This document shows positions 21,675 through 30,698 of a stretch of DNA of 64,000 bases, one piece after another. Below the pieces are notes generated by a model. That model did not search any database and was not told where the DNA came from. It saw only the letters and a program-made list of their open reading frames with translations. Within the stretch, counting starts at the first letter, position 1, and every line of letters begins with the position of its first letter. Source of the stretch: an uncultured bacterium (GTDB lineage: Bacteria; Desulfobacterota; Binatia; HRBIN30; CADEER01); assembly GCA_902826395.1 (NCBI GenBank), contig CADEER010000004.1, positions 3,574-67,573 on the forward strand, read 5' to 3'. Position numbers and translations under genes: made by a program.

Positions 21675-22919
21675 TCACCGGCGCTGCGCCTTCGCCAAGT
21701 TCGGAGATGTGGGGCGCGTCCGGCCCGCTCGACCGCGTTGGATTGCCGAATCACCGAAGCGGTCGGCAACCGCATCCAGCGCCTGAGCGATGCGGCGGGC
21801 CCGCCGTTCCGGTGACGGCTGGAAGAGCCGAAGTTGGCCAGCGTCGTTGGCGATGGGCTCGCCCTGCCGACTCAGGTCGCTGAGCGAAACTCCCACGAGT
21901 CGAATCGCCAGGCTCGTCCCATCTGCCTTGCGCAAGAGCTCACGCACGAGCGGCCAGATATCTTCTACGGTGTCCGAGGGCTGCGGTAGGGCCGCTTGCC
22001 GCGTCACCGTATGAAAGTCGCTCGTCCGGACCTTGACGGTGACCGTGTTTCCGTTCACGCCCTTGCGCCGTAGGCGGCGGGCAACGGCTTCGAGGAGATT
22101 CAGCAGTGTCGCCTCGACGGTCGACCGATCCCGGACGTCCTCCAGGAACGTGGTCTCCTTGCCAATCGATTTGCGCTGATGTCGGGGATCGACCGCGCGG
22201 CCGTCTTCGCCGCGCGCCAGAGCCGCAAAATGTCGCGCCATACGAGTGCCAAACGCCCTCTCCAAGACCGTCGCTGGCACCCGAGAGACATCGCCGATAG
22301 TGGACACCCCCAGGTCTCGAAACATCTGCACCGCCTTTGGTCCGGCGCCCCACAATCGCTCGATGGCAAGGCCGTTGAGAAACTCTCTGACCTGATCCGG
22401 TTCGACGACAACCAAGCCGTTCGGCTTGCGCAGGTCAGAGGCAATCTTGGCGAGGAACTTCACCGGCGCGACGCCGATCGATGCGGTTAGTCGCTCCTCG
22501 CGCCGCACCGCTTCTCTGATCTGCTCGGCGATGGTGCGCCCATCGCCGAACAGCTTGGCACTACCTGTCACGTCGAGGAATGCCTCGTCGATGCTGATCG
22601 GCTCGACGGCGTCGCTGAAGCGATTGAGGATGGCCATGAATCTTTGCGACGTGGCCGCATACTCGCGACCGCGCGGAGCGACGAAGACCGCACTGGGACA
22701 CCGCCGATAAGCCTGGGAGATTGGCATCGCGGAATGAATGCCGAAACGCCGCGCTTCATAACTGGCGGCAGTGACGACGCCCCGGCCACGCCCACCCTTC
22801 GGATCGGCGCCGACCACAACCGGCTTGCCCGCGAGCGTAGGATTGTCGCGGATCTCGACGGCGGCGAAGAAGGCGTCCAGATCGACGTGGAGGATCGTTC
22901 GCGCCCTAACTCCGCGCAA
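21675..22919 (-). CDS. dinB: DNA polymerase IV (Y-family translesion polymerase)
   Basis: Starts ILHVDLDAFFAAVE with Y-family palm motifs. The track ORF (to 23015) has an implausible N-terminal extension. A TTG at ~22919 gives MRGVRARTILHVDLD, so the start is uncertain. Confidence 0.75.
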   Translation of the reverse strand: MRGVRARTILHVDLDAFFAAVEIRDNPTLAGKPVVVGADPKGGRGRGVVTAASYEARRFGIHSAMPISQAYRRCPSAVFVAPRGREYAATSQRFMAILNRFSDAVEPISIDEAFLDVTGSAKLFGDGRTIAEQIREAVRREERLTASIGVAPVKFLAKIASDLRKPNGLVVVEPDQVREFLNGLAIERLWGAGPKAVQMFRDLGVSTIGDVSRVPATVLERAFGTRMARHFAALARGEDGRAVDPRHQRKSIGKETTFLEDVRDRSTVEATLLNLLEAVARRLRRKGVNGNTVTVKVRTSDFHTVTRQAALPQPSDTVEDIWPLVRELLRKADGTSLAIRLVGVSLSDLSRQGEPIANDAGQLRLFQPSPERRARRIAQALDAVADRFGDSAIQRGRAGRTRPTSPNLAKAQRR

Positions 22920-23103
22920 CTCTCCCGCTTGTCCACCCAAATCCGTCACCACCCAGTCTCCGTCTCGCCGAACCCTGCCCCGGTGATGTATCCGCCTGTC
23001 CCGCCAGAGGAACAACTACTGAAACTTGCCAATCCCTTCCTACAGATCCAACACCAGACGTGTCTGGGGATTCGCGTTGCATCAACGGCACTCCACGAGA
23101 ACG

Positions 23104-23135
23104 AAAAAGGGCGGAGACATTCGTCTCCGCCCTTC
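23104..23135 (-). terminator. rho-independent terminator downstream of the ompA-family gene
   Basis: On the minus strand: GGGCGGAGAC-gaa-GTCTCCGCCC followed by TTTTT. Confidence 0.6.
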
Positions 23136-23162
23136 TCCACTTCTAGAGTTGAAGCTTCGTGT

Positions 23163-24182
23163 CTAGTTGGCGACTCGCAACTCGACGCGACGGTTCTGAG
23201 CGCGGCCTTCGGCCGTGTCGTTTGTCGCAACCGGTTTGCTCTCGCCGTGGCCCTCGACGCTGATCCGGGAGGCGTCGATGCCGCCCTTTACGAGGTAGTC
23301 ACGCACCGCATTGGCGCGGCGCATCGACAGGCCTTGGTTGTACTCCTCGGAACCGACGGAGTCCGTATGACCTTCGGCAACGATGGTGACCGAACCCTGG
23401 CTCTGCAGGATGCGGATTGCCTCGTCGAGGATGACTCGCGCATCCGGACGAATGTTGGCTTTGTCGAAGTCGAAGTTCACACCGCGCAACGTGATTCGCT
23501 TGGTCGGCGTCGGCATCGTCTCCTCAGCAGGAGGAGGAGGCGGCGGAGGAGGCGGCGGCGGAGGCGGAGGAGGCGCGGCCTCGCTCGTGTTGGCCGTCAG
23601 GCGCAGGCCGGTGTTCACGAAGCGAACATCGCCAATTCCGCGGACGCGCTGATAGTAGCGATTAAAGTCCGCGAACAGACCGACCTTCATGTTGTCGGTT
23701 ACCCGGTAGTCAATCCCGCCACCGGTCGTCCAGCCCCACGACGTATCAGTGATTGCGCCGCTGTTGAGTCCGGTCATTCCGCCAATCAATGCCCGGGCGT
23801 TGAGCTCGACCTTGTCGATCGGCAGGGCAATACGCGGGCCAATTCCGGCATCGCCAGCCCATGTGTTCTTGTTTCGAACGATTACACCATTCGGCGGTGT
23901 AACTGTCGTGAGATCGCGCGACAACCCGATGAATCCGAGCTGGCCCATGGCACCGACGTTGATCCGTCGGTCTTGCGGCTTGAAGAACATGTACCCGATG
24001 AACGGATGCACACCGCCGCCTTCATCGGCTGCTCTCGACAAGGCGTTCGTCGGAACCGTTGCATGAATGTCGGCACCCCCAAACAGCTCGCCGTCCATCG
24101 CCGCAGTCGGTTGCGGCGCGCCCAAAAGGCTTACGCCCATCAAGGCGACCGCCATACTTAAGGCTAGCCTCTTCATATCCAC
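23163..24182 (-). CDS. OmpA-family outer-membrane protein (N-terminal beta-barrel, poly-Pro linker, C-terminal OmpA peptidoglycan-binding domain)
   Basis: Signal peptide MDMKRLALSMAVALMGVSLLGA, a 28-Pro linker, and the OmpA_C signature (NQGLSMRRANAV, GESKPVATNDT, RRVELRV). Confidence 0.8.
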   Translation of the reverse strand: MDMKRLALSMAVALMGVSLLGAPQPTAAMDGELFGGADIHATVPTNALSRAADEGGGVHPFIGYMFFKPQDRRINVGAMGQLGFIGLSRDLTTVTPPNGVIVRNKNTWAGDAGIGPRIALPIDKVELNARALIGGMTGLNSGAITDTSWGWTTGGGIDYRVTDNMKVGLFADFNRYYQRVRGIGDVRFVNTGLRLTANTSEAAPPPPPPPPPPPPPPPAEETMPTPTKRITLRGVNFDFDKANIRPDARVILDEAIRILQSQGSVTIVAEGHTDSVGSEEYNQGLSMRRANAVRDYLVKGGIDASRISVEGHGESKPVATNDTAEGRAQNRRVELRVAN

Positions 24183-24568
24183 ACCTCCTCAGTTCTCTGT
24201 TTGATGGCTGATTCCAAAAACAACCGAGAGTTGCACCGTGAGGCCCTCCCCATCGGTACTCCCTAATAGCGTCGGGAAGTCACTAGCCCAGCTACTCCCA
24301 ACAACCGCACACGACACGGTGTCTGTCACCCTATTTCTCTCTCGCCAGATCGGCAAGCGAGGCACTTTGCTTCAAGTGGGCCCCGTCTACCGTTCCCAAC
24401 GTTGGATCAAGGATTCGCTTGAAGGCACATTCCCTTCGCGTCGAGTACATGACTCGTGTAGGTCAAATCCGCTAGCAACCCAACCACCTCCGTCCCAACC
24501 CGTTCCATCCGCAAGGGCACTGTCGTTCCTTTTGGCACATTGGACCCCCTTCGTGCAAGCGAATGCCC

Positions 24569-25174
24569 CTACATCTGCCGGCGTCCCTCGAGCGCCTTTC
24601 CCAATGTAGCCAAGTCGGCGTATTCGACGTCGCCGCCCATCGGCAAGCCGTGGGCAATACGACTTACGGTGACACCGAGGGGTTTGGCCAGCTTAGCCAA
24701 ATAGAGAGCGGTCGCCTCTCCTTCGGCCGTCGGATTCGTGGCGACAATCAGCTCGCGAATCTTCCCCTCACCGATGCGGCGCATCAGCTCGGTGATACGC
24801 AGATCGTCGGGGCCGACCCCGTCGAGCGGAGCCAAGGTGCCCTGCAGCACATGGTAGCGACCACGAAAGCCGCCTGACCTCTCGACGGCGGCCAGATCGG
24901 CCGCCTCCTCTACCACGCAGACAACTTCGTCCGAGCGCCGCGGATCCGAGCACATCTCACACGGATCGCCGCCCGCCAGGGCGCAACATATCGAACAAGT
25001 GTAGAGCTCTTCGCGCAACGCCAAGAGTGCATTGGCCAGGCCCTCAACATCATTGCGCTGCGACCGAGTGAGATGAAACGCGAGACGCGTCGCCGTCTTC
25101 TCGCCTATGCCCGGAAGCTTGGTGAGCTCTTTGATCACCCGCTCGAGCGGTACTGGTATCCCCGCCATCCCCAC
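24569..25174 (-). CDS. recR: recombination protein RecR
   Basis: HhH motif KLPGIGEKTA, a C4 zinc finger (CSICC...CEMC) and a Toprim domain. It is 201 aa. Confidence 0.9.
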   Translation of the reverse strand: MGMAGIPVPLERVIKELTKLPGIGEKTATRLAFHLTRSQRNDVEGLANALLALREELYTCSICCALAGGDPCEMCSDPRRSDEVVCVVEEAADLAAVERSGGFRGRYHVLQGTLAPLDGVGPDDLRITELMRRIGEGKIRELIVATNPTAEGEATALYLAKLAKPLGVTVSRIAHGLPMGGDVEYADLATLGKALEGRRQM

Positions 25175-25189
25175 CTCCCAATGCCAGCA

Positions 25190-25510
25190 TCAGCCGAGAC
25201 CCGGAATCTTCAGGCCACCGGTCAGCTTGCTCATTTCGTCTGCCATCTGCTGTTGTGCGGCGCGCAATCCCTGATTGACGGCGGCGACGATCAGATCGGT
25301 CATCATATCTCGATCACCGCCCCCCAGCACGCTGGGATCAATTTCGATCCGCAGGACCTCGAGGCGTCCGTTCACCGTCGCCTTCACCATCCCGCCCCCA
25401 GCGCTGCCCACCACGGTCCGGCTGGCGGCCTCTTCCTGCACCTTCGAGAGGCGTTCCTGAAGGTCCTTGGCTTGCTGCATGAGCCCCGTGATGCCGAATC
25501 CCTTGCTCAC
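25190..25510 (-). CDS. ybaB: YbaB/EbfC nucleoid-associated protein
   Basis: Starts MSKGFGITGLMQQAKDLQERLSKVQEE and contains GGGMVKATVNG. It is 106 aa with a 4-nt overlap with dnaX. Confidence 0.85.
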   Translation of the reverse strand: MSKGFGITGLMQQAKDLQERLSKVQEEAASRTVVGSAGGGMVKATVNGRLEVLRIEIDPSVLGGGDRDMMTDLIVAAVNQGLRAAQQQMADEMSKLTGGLKIPGLG

Positions 25511-27234
25511 GCTCCCCCTCCTTCTCGGGGGCGCCGTTGCCGCACCTCCGACAGCTCGCCGTCGAGAATTTCCAAGGCCGCCTGTACGGCTGGGTGACGC
25601 ATCGCCGCGCCGGCGCGTTCTGCCTGGTTTTGCTCTACCGGCTCTTCGCTCGAGGCCGCCTCGCGCCCCACCGCCCTGACACGCAGGCTGATTGCCCGAC
25701 CAAAAAACTCGGCGGCCAGCGATTCGACCGCAGCGGAGCGCGCGCTGTCTCTCAAATAGTTAGCGCGAAATCCGGCCGGCGCTTCGATCTCGAGCACACT
25801 CCCTTGTAGGGCACCCCCGGTACAAGTCTTCAGATGGGCTCCCAGCGCCGGTACCCGCTCGCTGGCGAACTGTCGAAAGCCGTTCCACGCATCATCACTG
25901 GCGGGGGCGACCGCGTCCACCGCATCCTCATTCTGCGGGATACCTTCGCGTAGTGGTTGCATGTCGGCCTGTAGGGATCCCGAAGCGGCTCGTTCGGTGG
26001 CAGCTGGCGCTCCCCCGCGCGGCGGCCGCGCCAGGGCGTTGCCGGAACCGGGTCCCGCGGCGGCACCCGATGCAACACTGACGCCCGGCCGAGCGGAACC
26101 ACCGTCGAGCGCCTCGATACGCCGCAGAAGGTCGTCGACTGGCACCAACGGTTCCATGGTGACGAGCCGGAGCAGCGCCATTTCCAAAACCAGCTTCGGA
26201 TAGGGCGAGCGGCTTACCTCGTCATCCGTTTGCAACAACACTCGAAAGCATCGGTCTGCGTCGCGCGGCGCAATGGACCCGGCCTGCCGGCGCAGGGAGT
26301 CGATCTCGTCCGAGGGCAGTTCGGGCAGCAGCTTGCCGTCGCTTACGTGCATCACCGTCAGATTGCGAAAGTGTTCGAGCAGGTCGCGTGTCAGTCGTCG
26401 CAAGTCGCACCCGAGTCGGTGCACTCCTTCTAGTGTTTGCAGGACACGCTGCGCATCGCGTTCGATGATCGCTCCGCCGACGTCGTACACCACGCTGCGG
26501 TCGGCGATACCGAGGGCAGCCAGAGCATCTTCGTCAGAGACCGCACCTTCGGCGCCCGCCGTAATCTGATCGAGCAGCGATTGCGCATCGCGCATACTGC
26601 CCTCCCCCTCGCGCGCCAGCGTAAACAGGATGCCGTCGCTGATCGTCACCTTTTGCTCGGCAGCGATCGCCCGCAGCCGCTCCACCACCAGGCCGAGGGG
26701 AATACGCCGAAAATCGTAACGCTGGCAGCGCGACTGGACCGTTGCGGGCAGTTTCTGCGGGTCGGTGGTCGCGAAGACGAATTTGACGTGAGGAGGTGGC
26801 TCCTCGAGGGTCTTCAACAAGGCGTTGAAGGCATTCGTCGAGAGCATGTGGACTTCGTCGATGATGTAGATCTTGAAGGCGCTCTTCGCCGGACTGTAGC
26901 GGACGTTCTCGATGATCTCGCGCACGTCGTCGACGCCGGTGTTCGACGCACCGTCGATCTCCAGCACGTCGATCGAACGCCCCTCCGTGATCTCTTCGCA
27001 GTTGGTACACTCGTTACACGGCTCGGGACTCGGTCCCCGTTGGCAGTTCAGAGCCTTGGCGAGGATTCGCGCCGCCGTCGTTTTGCCGACGCCACGCAGT
27101 CCGGTGAAAAGAAAGGCATGCGCGACGCGATCCGCGCGGATGGCGTTGCTCAGGGTGCGCGCAATGTGTTCCTGACCAACGAGATCGGCAAACAACTGCG
27201 GGCGCCAGCGACGAGCCGTAACGACATAGGCCAT
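25507..27234 (-). CDS. dnaX: DNA polymerase III subunit gamma/tau
   Basis: Has the AAA+ clamp-loader Walker A (GLRGVGKTT), the Zn module and a Pro/Ala-rich tau linker. Likely start is the internal Met of MAYVVTARRWRP. The track ORF runs to 27291. Confidence 0.85.
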   Translation of the reverse strand: MAYVVTARRWRPQLFADLVGQEHIARTLSNAIRADRVAHAFLFTGLRGVGKTTAARILAKALNCQRGPSPEPCNECTNCEEITEGRSIDVLEIDGASNTGVDDVREIIENVRYSPAKSAFKIYIIDEVHMLSTNAFNALLKTLEEPPPHVKFVFATTDPQKLPATVQSRCQRYDFRRIPLGLVVERLRAIAAEQKVTISDGILFTLAREGEGSMRDAQSLLDQITAGAEGAVSDEDALAALGIADRSVVYDVGGAIIERDAQRVLQTLEGVHRLGCDLRRLTRDLLEHFRNLTVMHVSDGKLLPELPSDEIDSLRRQAGSIAPRDADRCFRVLLQTDDEVSRSPYPKLVLEMALLRLVTMEPLVPVDDLLRRIEALDGGSARPGVSVASGAAAGPGSGNALARPPRGGAPAATERAASGSLQADMQPLREGIPQNEDAVDAVAPASDDAWNGFRQFASERVPALGAHLKTCTGGALQGSVLEIEAPAGFRANYLRDSARSAAVESLAAEFFGRAISLRVRAVGREAASSEEPVEQNQAERAGAAMRHPAVQAALEILDGELSEVRQRRPREGGGA

Positions 27235-27299
27235 TGCGCCTTTCCGACCTCCACTCAACTCGACCGCGCCCGCGACATCACGACAATCCAACGAGGATG

Positions 27300-27415
<116 letters not shown>

Positions 27416-27552
27416 CCCTCGGTGCCTTCTTTCGTAGCCCCTAGTCGGAGGGACTGCAACTTGCCCGCCGCCTTTACCGATTTTCACGGCGGTCGAGTCT
27501 TTCGTCACCGTCAAAGCCGAGCCGCGCGGCTCTCGACGAGTTCTACACGAGA

Positions 27553-27638
<86 letters not shown>

Positions 27639-27696
27639 TCGCCCGGGACACTGCCTTTTCGAATCTCCCGGGTCAACATAGAGTGACGCTCCAGCC

Positions 27697-27969
27697 ATGA
27701 TGCCTCCCGATGAACACGACGACGCAGAAGCAGAGGGACTTTTCGTCCCGTGCGAAAGTTTGCGGCCCGAGACCCTGCGCGCCGTTGTCGAGGATTTCGT
27801 CACCCGCGAAGGCACGGACTATGGCACTCGCGAGCACTCCCTGACCGACAAAGTCGACGATGTCCTGCGCCAACTGCGCGATGGGCGTGCGCGGCTTTCA
27901 TTCGACCCGGCGAACGGCAGCATCGATGTCGTCGCCGCTAATCCACGCGACCGGCGGCGTCGCAACTGA
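27697..27969 (+). CDS. yheU: YheU-like protein (UPF0270 family)
   Basis: ...SLRPETLRAVVEDFVTREGTDYGTREHSLTDKVDDVLRQLRDGRARL matches the conserved core of E. coli YheU. Confidence 0.55.
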   Translation: MMPPDEHDDAEAEGLFVPCESLRPETLRAVVEDFVTREGTDYGTREHSLTDKVDDVLRQLRDGRARLSFDPANGSIDVVAANPRDRRRRN

Positions 27970-28070
27970 TCACCTGACGCCCGCGGACCGCGCTGCACCC
28001 GGTGGCGCGTCACCGCCCCGCAACAGCCGGCCTAGCCTGCAGGGAATCGGCCCTCACACCCTGGAACTGT

Positions 28071-28931
28071 TCACCGGTCAGCCTCCCCGGCGCCCGTCGG
28101 AACGATCTGCGCGATCTCGCCCTCGTAGGTTTCGAATGCGCACTCGTCAATGGCCACAGCGATGTCGACAGCCGGCGCGACCGTCAGCGCACGACCATCC
28201 TCGCTCAGGCTCAGCGCCCCGGTGATCTGCTCGGCATCATCGCCGAAGGTGAAACCGACCAGTTCGGCCTCGCGGGCGGCGTTTGGCTCCGCGAAGAAAC
28301 TCAAGGTCGGACTATCCTGGCCCGTTACAATGGCTACGCCCACCAAGCCGTCGAGCACGCTGAAGGTCGCCGGGAGATCGGAGCCGCCGCAACCAGCATT
28401 CCATCGGCCGGTGAAGACGCATGCCTGCTCTTGTCCCGCCCGGTCATCGAGAAAATCGAACGGACACGGACACCCGTCGAGCGCGCTCGACACGGCTGCG
28501 ATCAACTCACCGATGCTTACGCTCCCGTCTCGATTACCGTCCATCCTCAAACAAGAGCTCGCGTCTCCGCGGCCCAGGGCTACCCCAACCCCACGTATCA
28601 GCTCCTCGACCGAGACCCGCCCGTTGCCATTGCAGTCGCCTGCGCAACTCGGCGAGTCGCCGACCACCTCCGTCGCGGCTGCTCGCAGGACAGAACCACT
28701 TATCAAGCACGCCGACGCGACAAGGGCCGCAGCACAAAGCAGGACCTCGCCAAGCAATCGACACCGCTCCGCGATAACGCCGCAACCAATCCGGCCTCTC
28801 AACGGTGCACTAGCGAACACGCGCCGAATCACCATTCTGGTCAGAACCGGCCACCGCCCGAGAAACTGCCGGCCGCTGTGAACAGATAGGGAGAACTGCA
28901 CCGAGCGCGCGACTCGCGTCGAGATCATCAT
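28071..28931 (-). CDS. secreted protein with two dockerin-type (EF-hand-like) Ca-binding repeats and an uncharacterised C-terminal domain
   Basis: Two dockerin-like repeats (GDCNGNGRVSVEELIRGVGVALG and MDGNRDGSVSIGELIAAVSSALDG) follow a hydrophobic leader. The start is uncertain, possibly the internal MVIRRVF... Confidence 0.5.
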   Translation of the reverse strand: MMISTRVARSVQFSLSVHSGRQFLGRWPVLTRMVIRRVFASAPLRGRIGCGVIAERCRLLGEVLLCAAALVASACLISGSVLRAAATEVVGDSPSCAGDCNGNGRVSVEELIRGVGVALGRGDASSCLRMDGNRDGSVSIGELIAAVSSALDGCPCPFDFLDDRAGQEQACVFTGRWNAGCGGSDLPATFSVLDGLVGVAIVTGQDSPTLSFFAEPNAAREAELVGFTFGDDAEQITGALSLSEDGRALTVAPAVDIAVAIDECAFETYEGEIAQIVPTGAGEADR

Positions 28932-28994
28932 CGGAGGCTAGCCGCGAGACACCGGACCTAGCAAGCCGGGCCGGCAACGCTCACCCCCGCTAGG

Positions 28995-29028
28995 AGAATA
29001 AGGGGGGACGGGTCGCCCGCCGCGGGCG
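28995..29028. repeat. perfect 13-bp inverted repeat hairpin (gacgggtcgcccg-ccg-cgggcgacccgtc)
   Basis: Read directly from the sequence. It sits at the edge of a ~250-bp low-GC stretch (29040-29290). Confidence 0.7.
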
Positions 29029-29296
29029 ACCCGTCGGCTGGAAGGGGAACAAGGAGGACATTCCAGCTGTCTGTCTTATACAGCAAAGACCGCTCGTTGT
29101 ATAGATGGCATCGCTCGGATCAAGCATAGGAATTCTACCTATGTGAGCTAGCAAGCGTCTGCAGTCTCGCTGTCCATGAATCACTTATCAGGTGAATCAG
29201 GCGAAGCGATTGCCACCCTGCCCGTCGCAGTGAGCAGCTCGTGCGCGGCCTGACCGGATCTGCTGATCACGCGCCACCGTCCCGGTGGGAAAGAGG

Positions 29297-29386
29297 CGGA
29301 GAGGGGGGGATTCGAACCCCCGAGCGTCTTTGGGACGCTACACGATTTCGAGTCGTGCCGTTTCAACCGGACTCACGCACCTCTCC
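29297..29386 (-). tRNA. tRNA-Ser (anticodon CGA)
   Basis: Minus-strand sequence: GGAGAGGTGCGTGAGTCCGGTTGAAACGGCACGACTCGAAATCGTGT (long variable arm) GGGGGTTCGAATCCCCC CCTCTCC G. Anticodon loop is CTCGAAA. Same orientation and acceptor stem as the tRNA-Ser(GGA) 1.7 kb away. Confidence 0.8.
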
Positions 29387-29440
29387 GGAGGCCGACTCTA
29401 TAGCGAGGCAAGCTCAGCCAAACAAGGCGGCCATCGCGCT

Positions 29441-29869
29441 TCAGCGCCGGCTTCGAAAGAACTCGCGCAGCAGAGTCGCTGCTGCGTCGCCACACACACC
29501 GCCGCGCACGGCAAACGCGTGATTGAGTCGCGAATCCCTGGAAAAATCCCCAAGGGTCCCCAGAAAACCGCCTTTCGGATCCGGACATCCATAGACGACC
29601 CGCGTCATCCGCGCCTGAAGCAGCGCGCCGACACACATCAGGCACGGTTCCACTGTCACGAACAACTCGGCCCCCACGAGCCGATAGTTGCCGATCGATC
29701 GGCAAGCCTCTCGCAGAGCGACGATCTCCGCGTGTGCGGTCGGATCCGCCGACGCGATCGGTCGATTCTGGCCCCGCCCTACCACTGCTCCGCCAACGAC
29801 GACTATCGCGCCAACCGGAACCTCCCCGACGTGGGCAGCCCGCTCAGCCTCGAACAGCGCCAGCGCCAT
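29441..29869 (-). CDS. tadA: tRNA-specific adenosine deaminase
   Basis: CDA Zn motifs HAEIVALR and TVEPCLMCVGAL. Uses the internal Met of MALALFEAERA, with a GTG 9 codons upstream also possible. The track ORF extends to 30004. Confidence 0.8.
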   Translation of the reverse strand: MALALFEAERAAHVGEVPVGAIVVVGGAVVGRGQNRPIASADPTAHAEIVALREACRSIGNYRLVGAELFVTVEPCLMCVGALLQARMTRVVYGCPDPKGGFLGTLGDFSRDSRLNHAFAVRGGVCGDAAATLLREFFRSRR

Positions 29870-30024
29870 GTATTCTTCGTCGCTCAAACCCGGCACCGAG
29901 TGGCCGATGGGCGCCGCGCCGTACCCCGCCGCTGGCCAGGCTTGCTTCCGATCGCACCCACTCCTCGTCCCGTCGCGGTCCACGCCTGTTGCGATCCAAT
30001 GCAACGAAGAGTATCGAACGTCGA

Positions 30025-30183
30025 ATGCCGTACGAGGTTGGTCAAGAGGTCGTGGTCATGTCGATTCCCGGCCGGTTTCGCATCGTCGAGGTCGATGGCC
30101 GGATTCTGACGATCGAGAACGACTCTGGGGTCCGCAAGCGGGTCGTCAAACAAGCCGTTCGGCTCGTCCCTTCTCATTCCTGA
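30025..30183 (+). CDS. hypothetical small protein (52 aa)
   Basis: MPYEVGQEVVVMSIPGRFRIVEVDGRILTIENDSGVRKRVVKQAVRLVPSHS has native-looking GC3 codon usage. It is the only part of track ORF 29734..30183 not antisense to tadA, and it overlaps the Nudix gene end by 10 nt. Confidence 0.3.
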   Translation: MPYEVGQEVVVMSIPGRFRIVEVDGRILTIENDSGVRKRVVKQAVRLVPSHS

Positions 30184-30695
30184 AACGGCTCGCCGGCCCG
30201 CCGCCAGCTCAACCAAGCCCGAAACGCCACGACCCCATCGGGGCAGTAGGGGTCGTGTTGTATGCGACGCTCGATTTCGTCCGGTGGTAGCCACTCGCCC
30301 GATACTACCTCATCGGCTTGGAGATGGAGTGGGGCAGCCGCTCGGCACTCGAAGATTGCCCCCTGGACCCGGTTCGAGGGGTCCGCATAGCGGAGGAATC
30401 CCACGCGCCGTAGTCCCTGTGCCTCGACCCCGATCTCTTCTCGCACCTCGCGCCGCGCACCCTCCTCGTACGACTCGCCTAGTTCGAGCACCCCGCCGAC
30501 TACAGTGTCGAAATGGGAGGGAAAGACGTCCTTTGTCGGCGTGCGCAGGTGGACGAACACCCGATCCGACTCGTCGAGGACGACGATGTAACAGGCGCGA
30601 TGCAGGAGATTGCCGGAGCGAACCTCACGCCGCGTGGCACGCCCAATGACCCGGTCGTCCGCGTCGACGACGTCTACCAAATCATCAGCGCTCAA
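30174..30695 (-). CDS. NUDIX hydrolase
   Basis: Nudix box GGVLELGESYEEGARREVREEIGV. It is 173 aa. Confidence 0.65.
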   Translation of the reverse strand: MSADDLVDVVDADDRVIGRATRREVRSGNLLHRACYIVVLDESDRVFVHLRTPTKDVFPSHFDTVVGGVLELGESYEEGARREVREEIGVEAQGLRRVGFLRYADPSNRVQGAIFECRAAAPLHLQADEVVSGEWLPPDEIERRIQHDPYCPDGVVAFRAWLSWRRAGEPFQE

Positions 30696-30698
30696 TCG

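Noticed and set aside
22644-24161. 505-aa plus-strand ORF with an RRRRRRRRRRRRRRRR run
   Set aside because: It is antisense to dinB and the OmpA-family gene. The poly-Arg is just the reverse complement of the poly-Pro linker codons. Long antisense ORFs are expected at about 70% GC.
29181-29366. 61-aa minus ORF 'MKRHDSKSCSVPKTLGGSNPPLSA...'
   Set aside because: It overlaps tRNA-Ser(CGA). 'GGSNPP' is the translated T-arm (GGTTCGAATCC).
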